Source of the DNA: a virus
IMG/VR virus record: IMGVR_UViG_3300025030_000050
Coordinates: 49,350-113,349 of that record
Strand: one strand, 5' to 3'
Length of the DNA stretch: 64,000 nucleotides
The notes beneath the pieces are model-generated. The model saw only the letters and a list, made by a program, of their open reading frames with translations. It had not been told where the DNA came from and made no database searches. Of the stretch, positions 46,076-54,591 are shown in pieces (positions within the stretch are counted from its first letter, which is position 1; each line of letters starts with the position of its first letter). The position numbers and the translations under genes are program-made.

Positions 46076-46376
46076 ATTGTTTAGAAAAAGAAAAGATCAG
46101 ACACTTGCGCCATTATTTATTAATAAAAGACAGGTCATAGTTTTAAATCAATGGCTAGAAGCAGAAGAACATCAAACCAATGGCTATGCTTTTAGACCGG
46201 GTTGGCATTGTTGTGTAAAACCATTTGCCCCACATTTATCAGAAAAAGACAGAGCCTGGTATAAAGTTGAAATTGAAAATTATGAATTTTTTACCAGACC
46301 AGAAAGTCAAGGTGGGGTCTGGGTTTTGGCACAAAGAATGAAAGCTTTAGAAGAAATTAATAAAGAAGTGAATTAA
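46044..46376 (+). CDS. Phage hypothetical protein (likely start 46062)
   Basis: AYKLFR.RKD...PLFIN...W..AE.H.T.G.AFRPGWH...RPESQGG.W. Confidence 0.8.
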   Translation: MNLLRKMIAYKLFRKRKDQTLAPLFINKRQVIVLNQWLEAEEHQTNGYAFRPGWHCCVKPFAPHLSEKDRAWYKVEIENYEFFTRPESQGGVWVLAQRMKALEEINKEVN

Positions 46377-46409
46377 ATAATTATAAAATTAAGATATGGC
46401 TTAATTAAA

Positions 46410-46625
46410 ATGAATCGTAAATTCCCAATAAAAGAAGAAATTTGCAATATTTGTTATAGTGTGGGTAAAATTCACCTTAATAAATTTACAGATACTTTTT
46501 CTGATATGTCAATAAAAGATGGTGTTTGTTATAAATGTAGAGGAACGGGATTTGTTATTAAAGAAATGAGCATTGATGAAAAACTAGAATATTTATTAAA
46601 TGCAGTAATGGATAATTTAAAATGA
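46410..46625 (+). CDS. Small DnaJ-like Zn-finger protein
   Basis: CNICYSVG and CYKCRGTG. Confidence 0.7.
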   Translation: MNRKFPIKEEICNICYSVGKIHLNKFTDTFSDMSIKDGVCYKCRGTGFVIKEMSIDEKLEYLLNAVMDNLK

Positions 46626-46673
46626 AAAATTATTATTTTCTGTAACAAGAAAAGATTTTGATGTCCAAACATT

Positions 46674-47180
46674 TTGTTCTGGTACAGGAGTTTTATGACA
46701 ATTAAACATGGCATGTGTAAAACTAAAGAATATTACACATGGAGGAATATAATAAATAGATGCCTTTATAAAGATGGGATAAATTATCCAGATTATGGTG
46801 GGAAAGGAATAACCATTTGTGATGAATGGAAAAATAGTTTTATGAAATTTGTCAATGATGTCGGTTTATGCCCAGATGATAAATCTTCATTAGATAGAAT
46901 AGAGAATACAAAAGGTTACTATAAAGAAAATTGTAGATGGGCAACTTGCTCGGAACAAGCTATGAATAGAGGACCAAAGAAAGATGGGATAGTAAAATTC
47001 AAAGGAGTTGTTTACGAACCAAAGAAAAAATTATATAGAGCTAGAATAATGTCAAACGGGAAAACAAAATCTCTTGGTAGGAGGAAGACTGCTGAAGAGG
47101 CAGCGAAACTTTATGATAAAGCAGCAGAAGAATTGTTTGGTGAATTTGTTTTAACCAATAAAAAGCTCGGCCTGCTATAA
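46674..47180 (+). CDS. HNH endonuclease with AP2 domain
   Basis: HG...Y..W.....RC, YGG.GI.IC.EW, SLDRI.N..GY..ENCRWAT, FKGV, AA..YD.AA..LFGEF. Confidence 0.92.
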   Translation: MFWYRSFMTIKHGMCKTKEYYTWRNIINRCLYKDGINYPDYGGKGITICDEWKNSFMKFVNDVGLCPDDKSSLDRIENTKGYYKENCRWATCSEQAMNRGPKKDGIVKFKGVVYEPKKKLYRARIMSNGKTKSLGRRKTAEEAAKLYDKAAEELFGEFVLTNKKLGLL

Positions 47181-47267
47181 TTTACAAAACTGATAAAAAT
47201 TATATATAATATTTTGACTTTGACATAAGCAAATACAAATATTTTCGTAAAAACGAACCCATACCCA

Positions 47268-47296
47268 TTGACAAAAGCTTATAATTGTGGTATGGT
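47268..47296 (+). promoter_or_regulatory. sigma70-type promoter
   Basis: TTGACA-17 bp-TATGGT with TG extension. Confidence 0.6.
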
Positions 47297-47313
47297 ATTT
47301 TTAAGAGGACAAG

Positions 47314-47478
47314 ATGTGGACAGACAATGATATCCCAAGTTGTATTTACGATACCATGGCTTGCGAGGATTGTGGAGCTTGCAGGCCTTCGCCACTGCAA
47401 AAATATTTAGAACAAAAAGAAATTGGTGAAGACGAAGACGAAGACGAAGAATTAGACGTTGAAAATTTAAAGGATTGA
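47314..47478 (+). CDS. 54-aa Cys-cluster protein with acidic tail (not in ORF track)
   Basis: GAGGA RBS; C-x6-CEDCGAC...EDEDEDEE. Confidence 0.7.
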   Translation: MWTDNDIPSCIYDTMACEDCGACRPSPLQKYLEQKEIGEDEDEDEELDVENLKD

Positions 47479-47550
47479 TATTAAATTAAAATGTTACCTA
47501 AGAATTGGCACACATACAAGCGTTTATACTATCATGCGAGGAGGTATAAA

Positions 47551-47661
47551 ATGCCTAAATATAGCATGTATAAAAGAACAATTCATCCCGTACCTAAAAT
47601 GCCGACTTGGTATGTTGTGGCTTTGGCAATATTATTTATAATTGGATTGATGATTTTATGA
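47551..47661 (+). CDS. 36-aa membrane microprotein (not in ORF track)
   Basis: GAGGAGGT RBS; C-terminal WYVVALAILFIIGLMIL. Confidence 0.6.
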   Translation: MPKYSMYKRTIHPVPKMPTWYVVALAILFIIGLMIL

Positions 47662-48043
47662 AAAATATATTTTAACAGACGGATTCGATCAAAATAAAGT
47701 TATTGGTGAAAGCTGATTAAAATCTAGTTCTTCTAAAAATTTTATATATTTTTCTGTAATCTCAATTTCATCAATAAATTTATCCTATGGTGGAGTTTTA
47801 AAAGATGGAGAATTAACTATCACACAATTTGCAATTATACTAAATGATAATCGAAGAAAGTAAAGCTATATCTGAAAAACAATACAAGGCTTTAGATAAT
47901 TTTGTAAGTTTTGGGCCGATTAATAAAATTCAGACTTTTAAACATAAATGCTATTTATGGTGAATATGTAGGATGGGTTAAAATCTATCCACGTTGTGGG
48001 TTGTGGAAATAATAAGATTAATTGGACTTAATGGATTAAATAT

Positions 48044-48268
48044 ATGAGAACATTGATCAGACTTATTCGAATTGATTTCGATAACCTTGAGAATAGAGAT
48101 TGTATTTATACAAAATCTATTGGGACTTTTGTTGATGAAAATATTGGGGCATCTGCTTCAGAAAAAGTAGGAGATTTTATTAAAAACATGAAGCCCGAAA
48201 AACTATATTTAGGCTGGGATATGAATATTTATCCTAAATATAAATTAGAAATTGAATATTTCCAGTGA
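48044..48268 (+). CDS. Hypothetical protein
   Basis: ORF. Confidence 0.65.
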   Translation: MRTLIRLIRIDFDNLENRDCIYTKSIGTFVDENIGASASEKVGDFIKNMKPEKLYLGWDMNIYPKYKLEIEYFQ

Positions 48269-48269
48269 T

Positions 48270-49140
48270 TATAAATTTATGTAATACTTTTCAATTTTCT
48301 TAAAATATAAAATCAAGCGTAAAGTGCCCAACCTCGACCTATGGGGTGGGGTGCTTCGGGAAAAATGACCCCATACCCTATGACCTATCCTGCCTTAATC
48401 ACTTTCCTAACAATCCTAACAACATTTAGTTCTCCCTAACTATCTTTACCTACCCTAATCAGTTCAACCTAGCCCAACACAATACACAAGTCTTAATAAA
48501 GTTAGGTTAGCTTGACTTTGTTATATAACACCAAGTTTTTAAAACCCGTCTTTATATATTTAGGCCGTCCTAATTAGTTAAACCCTGCCTAATCATCTAT
48601 TACCAGCATTACAATCTAAAGCAAGCCTGCCATAAGCAATGTCTGTGCCTGATAAATATTTATTTTCTTTTTATTCATCTATTATAGTATTACTAATGTT
48701 GTTAGGCGTGTTATGGCCTTAAATAATCGTTTGCTTAACCGTAGTGAGGCGATTACAGGCTTGCATGTGCTAGTATTAGAAAATATATTTCGCTTAACCT
48801 TGCGATTTTGATGTATTAAGTGCGTGTTTTGATTATGTTTATTTCCTAACAATAGCAGTATTGATGTGCTTTAGTTATGGTATAAGTCTTGCTTTGTTAT
48901 GCTACTTCTATGCCCATATGCTGTTAATTGTGCGTTTTTGGGGTAAATAGTCTGACATTATAAACGCTATTAATGATATGTATTTATTCGTCTTTATTTT
49001 AAATTATTATTTCTTTTAATATCAAACACTTATGCGCAAGTATGTGTAATGATTGATAAAGAAATATTTGACTTATATAAATTAACTTATTATCTTGTAA
49101 TTAACATCAGCCATTAAGAACAATTACAAAGTGAGGTATA
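48270..49140. other. Long non-coding region, candidate genome terminus/packaging site
   Basis: About 870 bp without an ORF; G/C tracts; repeated CCTAA; precedes the early genes. Confidence 0.45.
49068..49096 (+). promoter_or_regulatory. sigma70-type early promoter
   Basis: TTGACT-17 bp-TATCTT. Confidence 0.6.
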
Positions 49141-49143
49141 GTT

Positions 49144-49467
49144 ATGAAAGCATCTACAAAGGTATACAGAGTGCTTAGAGCAATGACCGTACATGTACCA
49201 TACAATGACATCGAAATAGATATAGAAGCACTGCAAAACGTTAAAGGCGGGGATTTTATTATAGGTATACGCAAGCTTGGCACAACTAGCTTTATTTATC
49301 GAAAACCGTGTACTAATTGGCTTGATGAATACAAGGAAGTGACAGATACATGGCCTAATATTGAATGGTATTGCGGCAGTGTTAATGAAGGTTGGATTGT
49401 GTCATTAAGTGATAAAGACGTACCAAAAATGCTCAATAATTGGCTTTATATGCATTTTGCTAAGTGA
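49144..49467 (+). CDS. Early hypothetical protein
   Basis: GAGGT RBS. Confidence 0.75.
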   Translation: MKASTKVYRVLRAMTVHVPYNDIEIDIEALQNVKGGDFIIGIRKLGTTSFIYRKPCTNWLDEYKEVTDTWPNIEWYCGSVNEGWIVSLSDKDVPKMLNNWLYMHFAK

Positions 49468-49475
49468 GGCTAATT

Positions 49476-49637
49476 ATGAATACCAATAAAAGAGATGCAC
49501 TCAAGATTAAGATGGCCTCAAGTCTTTATTTTCTCATGCCTGTTAAAGTCAGACTCCAGGCAGTCAAAGAGCTTGAAGGCTTGCTTGAGACAGGTTCATT
49601 GCCTGATATTAAATACGTTAGAGTATATGCGTTTTAG
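49476..49637 (+). CDS. 53-aa early protein (not in ORF track)
   Basis: GTGAGG RBS; MNTNKRDALKIK... Confidence 0.6.
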   Translation: MNTNKRDALKIKMASSLYFLMPVKVRLQAVKELEGLLETGSLPDIKYVRVYAF

Positions 49638-49732
49638 ACTAGCTGGCATAGTCAGGTATGGCTTGAGTTTAAAAACGTCTATACCATGCCTTTACGGTAC
49701 CTTAAAATTGAAATTAGGGAGCAAGTGAGATT

Positions 49733-49930
49733 ATGAAAACAGATAGAGACGTTGACGCTATGACATACGAAATTTTAACTGATGAAACATTGGCAGTTAA
49801 AGACAAATATTATATCCGCACTAAATACCCGTTTTGTTATTGTACTGATAGAATGACAAAAAAGCAGGTTGAAAATGTGGCAAAGTCTATGCGGAACCTT
49901 GGTTTTACTGTAATAGGTAAGACAAAATAA
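49733..49930 (+). CDS. Early hypothetical protein
   Basis: ORF with RBS. Confidence 0.65.
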   Translation: MKTDRDVDAMTYEILTDETLAVKDKYYIRTKYPFCYCTDRMTKKQVENVAKSMRNLGFTVIGKTK

Positions 49931-50033
49931 GGTAAGACAATGAAAACAATGCTAATAACGGCTTGGATTATGTTTTTAGTTGTGATGGCGGTTCAGACAG
50001 TTTTGACAATCTTTACTTTTTGAGGACAAGATT

Positions 50034-50201
50034 ATGAAAGATCTGACAAAGAAAGAATCTAAAGACATGCCTGAAGAAAGAAGGATATTTATTGTTATGC
50101 TTGTAACGGGATCTGATTTTAAAACGGCAAAACAATATTTGATTGCAGAAGAATGGAATATTGACAATGCCGTTATTTCTCTTAAAGGCGATAGAAGATA
50201 A
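50034..50201 (+). CDS. 55-aa UBA-like three-helix protein (not in ORF track)
   Basis: GAGGA RBS; VMLVTGSDFKTAKQYLIAEEWNIDNAV. Confidence 0.65.
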   Translation: MKDLTKKESKDMPEERRIFIVMLVTGSDFKTAKQYLIAEEWNIDNAVISLKGDRR

Positions 50202-50389
50202 ATTGCTTTAAACTAGTTCAAACAGTCTTAAACCATGATTGACACAATTTCAATAAAATCAACAACTTATTTTTTAAGAAAAGAAAAAACTCCATATATA
50301 ACTTATTAAAAACAGCTATTATAACTCATTGATATTAAAAGATAAGTGAGGAAATAAGAGCTATTAAGAGCAAATGAGAGGATAAGACC

Positions 50390-50533
50390 ATGAAAAAGTA
50401 TGAAGTGATTCTTAAAAGTGGCGAGATCGGCATTTACTTTGGCCGGAAAAAACCTAAGGAAGGAGACAGGGTTAAAATACACATTGGCAATGGCGTTTTT
50501 GTCCACGGCTTTGTCTATGACGTTATGGATTGA
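50390..50533 (+). CDS. 47-aa early protein (not in ORF track)
   Basis: GAGGA RBS; MKKYEVILKSGE... Confidence 0.6.
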   Translation: MKKYEVILKSGEIGIYFGRKKPKEGDRVKIHIGNGVFVHGFVYDVMD

Positions 50534-50642
50534 TTTAAGCCATTTTTAAAACCTGGCATACCTGACTATGGTTTTAATCTAAAAACAGTTCTACGGGCCT
50601 AATAGGTGCCTTTAAGACATATCTAAATCATGAGGTGAGGTT

Positions 50643-51158
50643 ATGAGAACAATTACAGTGAGAATTTACACGTTTGATGAATTGAATGATAAGAGCAAAG
50701 AAAAGGCCATTGGAAATTTAAGCGATATAAACATTAGTCATGAATGGTGGGATTATACTTTTGAAGATGCTGAAAACATTGGATTGAAAATCAGTGCTTT
50801 TGATATCGGTAGAGGATCTTACGTTAAAGGTAAATTTATTTATTCCGCCGCCGAAGTTGCAGCAAATATTTTACGCGACCATGGTGAAAAGTGTGATACA
50901 TACCGAACTGCGGAAGACTTTCTGACAACCTGGCAACCGGTTTTTAACGATTACATGGATGAAGAGCATGAAAATTATGAAAGCAGGGAAAGTGAGGACA
51001 AATTGCAAGAGATTGAAGAAGAATTTTTACGCTCATTGTGTGAGGACTATCGTATTATGTTGCAAAAAAATTATGAATATTTAACCAGTGGAGAAGCGAT
51101 AATTGAAACAATTCAGGCAAACGAATATGAATTTACAGAAAACGGAGAATTGTATTAG
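50643..51158 (+). CDS. Acidic early phage protein
   Basis: YTFDEL...KEKAI, WWD...ED, YEYLTS.EAI.E.I.ANEYEF..NG; strongly acidic. Confidence 0.8.
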   Translation: MRTITVRIYTFDELNDKSKEKAIGNLSDINISHEWWDYTFEDAENIGLKISAFDIGRGSYVKGKFIYSAAEVAANILRDHGEKCDTYRTAEDFLTTWQPVFNDYMDEEHENYESRESEDKLQEIEEEFLRSLCEDYRIMLQKNYEYLTSGEAIIETIQANEYEFTENGELY

Positions 51159-51273
51159 GTATGATTTAAGACGTTTTCAAACTTCAATGCCTGTACATAC
51201 CAGGATATTTTAAATCAAGCTGTATGGTGGGTTTAAAGGCCTGCAATCAACTAATAACTAGTGAGGTGAGGTT

Positions 51274-51542
51274 ATGACTAGTTCAGAATTAAAATATAGG
51301 CATGAAACAAATAACCCCGGTTCATGTTTTTCACCCGAAATAATATGAAATTTGCTGGTGATACCATGAAAAATTATGGTGTTCGTGAATCAGCGGTAAT
51401 TACGAACTATGACAATAACGGCGATTATACCGAATCAGGGATTGTTATTGAATGCTGGGAATTATATCGCCGCAAGCCTGTAAAACATGGATTGTCAAAG
51501 AGTGCGTTTTTCAACAAAATTACTTTCAAAGTTGTTAAATAA
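51274..51542 (+). CDS. Early protein interrupted by a 1-nt frameshift near 51328
   Basis: RBS-preceded MTSSELKY... joins FFTRNNMKFAGDTMKNYGV if one T is added to a T5 run. Confidence 0.6.
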
Positions 51543-51688
51543 CAAATTGAAACGGTTTCATGTTCAAGGTTTGTAAGGTATTGATATTATTAGCGCGTGT
51601 TTGCATCATTTGCATGTTTTAATTATAAGAGTTAATGAATTTTCAATCTTCTTGACTCTGATTAAAACCAAACCTTAAAGGAGAGATT

Positions 51689-51856
51689 ATGAAGATCAAT
51701 GAAATTATGGCAATGACACACAAAGAATTTGCAGTTAAGATCAAGACTTTTAAAGCGAGCTGTGAAAAGGCTGGTGTTGAACCTACAAAGCGACAGGCCA
51801 GCAAATACAGGCTCAAGAAGGGCAAAGCATATATGGCTAAAGAGGCGAGCAAATGA
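51689..51856 (+). CDS. 55-aa basic protein (not in ORF track)
   Basis: AAGGAG RBS; FKASCEKAGVEPTKRQASKYR. Confidence 0.75.
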   Translation: MKINEIMAMTHKEFAVKIKTFKASCEKAGVEPTKRQASKYRLKKGKAYMAKEASK

Positions 51857-52344
51857 GGCCATGGCAGCTTGCTCTTGTCTTTGCCATGGTTTATGCCCTT
51901 GCAAGCTATGTCGAGTTCTGTTTGTAATAGTTGTGTATACACAATTGAAAAGGAGAATGCTATGAAGCTAAGTCTTGCGGGCTGGTTCTGGTTGTCTTAC
52001 TTTGCTCTGATTTTATTTTTGTTAAAATTTTGCTATAACTGAATTTGTATGAATTTTTTGTATTGCATAAAACGCAATAATAATTGTTTCGTGTTGCGTG
52101 AAGTGAAATACCATATAACGGGAATTGTATGACGGGCCTATACAGGATATTTTCTTGTTATAAAACTTTGAAATAAACTCTAAAAGGGGCGGATATGAAG
52201 TATTACATTATTTTTTGCACTTCTTCTAACAACTTAATTTGTTTCACTTCTTCATACTCTAGCCATATTGAAGAAATTTTTGACGTTATCCAAGCTGAAA
52301 ATATCTATGAATTCAACTGTTAAAAATAAAATAAAGGCAATATC

Positions 52345-52716
52345 ATGACCACTTACATTGATATAACGGGTTCTAATATCAAAACCGGGCCTTGGATTCA
52401 CAAGGTAAGTACTAAAGCCTTTACATTCAAAACCGTTAATGGCATTAGGTTTGCCATAACTGAAAACAACTACTACCTTGATACTAAAGCCGATAAGATC
52501 AGATATCAGTTTATGTCTTGTGCTGGTTGTTCATGGAAACATAGTTATGTCATTTATATGGAAGTAAGACCTAATGTTTTTGTTTATTTTATTCAATGCA
52601 CTGAATACGATCTTGATATGAGGATAAAGCAATGCTCTGATGTTTATCACAATTATGATTATCCAAACAATTTTGAAGTAGATGCATATATAAATCAATT
52701 GCAGAGAAAGGTATGA
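52345..52716 (+). CDS. Hypothetical protein
   Basis: ORF. Confidence 0.7.
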   Translation: MTTYIDITGSNIKTGPWIHKVSTKAFTFKTVNGIRFAITENNYYLDTKADKIRYQFMSCAGCSWKHSYVIYMEVRPNVFVYFIQCTEYDLDMRIKQCSDVYHNYDYPNNFEVDAYINQLQRKV

Positions 52717-52922
52717 TTATGAAAATTATTGCCATTGCTTGTAATGACAGATTTTTTACTATAGGCAAAACTAGGAGAAAAATTATTACAAGCAATGGTT
52801 GCAATGAACCTTGTAAGAACAGATTTTATTGCCCGAAACGAAATTGGCTTATGTTAGAAAAATGTCCGTTCCTGAATTTGAACGAATGCAATAATTTTGT
52901 CAAAATGTGTGGGAAAATTTAG
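52713..52922 (+). CDS. Small Cys-rich protein
   Basis: Coupled ORF with several Cys. Confidence 0.65.
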   Translation: MIMKIIAIACNDRFFTIGKTRRKIITSNGCNEPCKNRFYCPKRNWLMLEKCPFLNLNECNNFVKMCGKI

Positions 52923-53124
52923 CTATAACCGAAAAGACGTGAATTTTATTTTATCAGTTTTTATAACAATTTGTGGAAAACTGGCTATAACTGAAAGGAC
53001 GTGAATTCATGGCTTATTTATAACCGGTTTTAATTATTTTGTTATAACCTTGTTTTTATCTTGATTTTATTTGTTTTTGGTGTATAATTTTAAATAAGAT
53101 AAACAAAAATTAAAGGAGAAAGTT

Positions 53125-53392
53125 ATGAAGAATGAAAGATATATTGTAGTAAACAGAAGTTATTGGCAAAAAGTGATCCTTCTATTAAAGCAAGCATTTA
53201 TGGTGCTGTACCTTATTTGTCAGAAGAAGACCAGCTGGATTGGGAAATAAAAGAAAACGGATATAATATCATAAACACAAAAAATAATTGTGTTTATGGT
53301 AATTCATATTTCCCTTATTACTGGACAAAAAGGAAGCTCAGGATATCTGCGATAAGAGAAATCAATTAAAATTTAAAAGGAGAAAATTATGA
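53125..53392 (+). CDS. Hypothetical protein, apparently with two homopolymer frameshifts
   Basis: RBS at ATG 53125; adding one A to each of two A5 runs gives a continuous ORF ending in an ATGA overlap. Confidence 0.5.
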
Positions 53393-54267
53393 AAACTGAT
53401 TATTCAGAACTTAAAGGCGAGGAAGTAATTTTTATTAATGACGCAGGGGAAGATGAACCTCAAGAGGTGTTAGATTCGTATTTCATCGACATTGAAGAGT
53501 TCGATGAATTTTACAATGAAAGCACATCATTGTGCGTAGTTAGTGCTCGTAAGGGTATGGGGAAATCTGCTCTCTTGTCTCGCTTAGAATATAAACTTCG
53601 TAATTCAAGCGATTATGAGAACCCAATTATTGTCAGATCCACAGGAAATGCACTGCTTGGGTTGGGTGATTTTCAAGGTAAAGATCAAGCATATTTAGAA
53701 AATTATTGGAAGCAAATTGTCTGTAAGAAAATCAATATTGAGATTGGTAAGCTCATTGGATTTGCTTTGGCAGATAACGAAATATCAATGGTTGAGGCAG
53801 CAGAGCTTGAAGGAATTAAGAGCAAAAACCTTGTTGGTGCTCTTGTGTCTAGAATTAAAGGAAAAATTCCGTATTTAAATTTAGAACTGAAAAAAAGCAT
53901 ACCTGATAACTGGGAACAGTTACTTAAGACGTACCAGGAAAGTCACAGTAAATCAGCGGTTTGGGTTTTAATAGACGACATTGATGCGAAATATTTAGAT
54001 ACTGAAGAGTATCAAATTAGGATTGGTTCTTTTTTTAGTGCTATAAGAGGACTTGTCCATGATGTTAAAAATTTAAATATTCGTGTAACAGTGAGAACGG
54101 ATGTTTGGCACAATCTAAGATATCTTGAGGATTTGGATAAATTGGAACAGTATTTGATTGAAATAAACTGGACCAAAAATAGAACGAAAGAAATGCTTGC
54201 AAAGCGCATATCATCAAATGCATTCAAAGCGGCAAATATGATGTTGGGGAAAGGAAAAAATTTGTAG
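53389..54267 (+). CDS. Truncated FunZ/Sll1717-like P-loop ATPase, probably chimeric
   Basis: NDAGEDE...L.SYF, ARKGMGKSAL (Walker A), VLIDDID (Walker B), VRTDVW, EI.W....EMLAKRI. Confidence 0.72.
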   Translation: MKTDYSELKGEEVIFINDAGEDEPQEVLDSYFIDIEEFDEFYNESTSLCVVSARKGMGKSALLSRLEYKLRNSSDYENPIIVRSTGNALLGLGDFQGKDQAYLENYWKQIVCKKINIEIGKLIGFALADNEISMVEAAELEGIKSKNLVGALVSRIKGKIPYLNLELKKSIPDNWEQLLKTYQESHSKSAVWVLIDDIDAKYLDTEEYQIRIGSFFSAIRGLVHDVKNLNIRVTVRTDVWHNLRYLEDLDKLEQYLIEINWTKNRTKEMLAKRISSNAFKAANMMLGKGKNL

Positions 54268-54316
54268 ATCAAAGTAATTGCAAGGGCAATCTCCAGTGCT
54301 CATTTAAATAACGGCA

Positions 54317-54526
54317 ATGGGTGAAGTCATGAATATAAAATTGTATTGTAAAAGTATGGGGAAAATTTTTAGAGTAACCAAAGTCGCTTTAAATGATCAA
54401 GAAGCAAATGATTATTGCTCAAAACATAAAGATCAAGGAGTAATAGCAGTAGACAATAAAAATGGCCTGGTTTATATCGCTGAGTTCTATTCTTCTAAAG
54501 TTCCATCAAGCGTATTGCCTGACTAA
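54317..54526 (+). CDS. Hypothetical protein
   Basis: ORF. Confidence 0.7.
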   Translation: MGEVMNIKLYCKSMGKIFRVTKVALNDQEANDYCSKHKDQGVIAVDNKNGLVYIAEFYSSKVPSSVLPD

Positions 54527-54591
54527 AACAAAAGATATACTTTGAAAATAAATCTATAACTGAAATAACGTGAATTTTTTGGAGGTGATAA

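Noticed and set aside
49495-51965. Track ORFs 49495..49728, 49976..50167, 50306..50506, 51643..51942, 51662..51904 and 51729..51965
   Set aside because: Shorter RBS-preceded plus-strand ORFs (49476, 50034, 50390, 51689) explain these regions better
4808-52496. Other CCGATA words as sigma28 promoters (4808, 27374, 31213, 31273, 45867, 52489)
   Set aside because: No TAAAG -35 element at the required spacing
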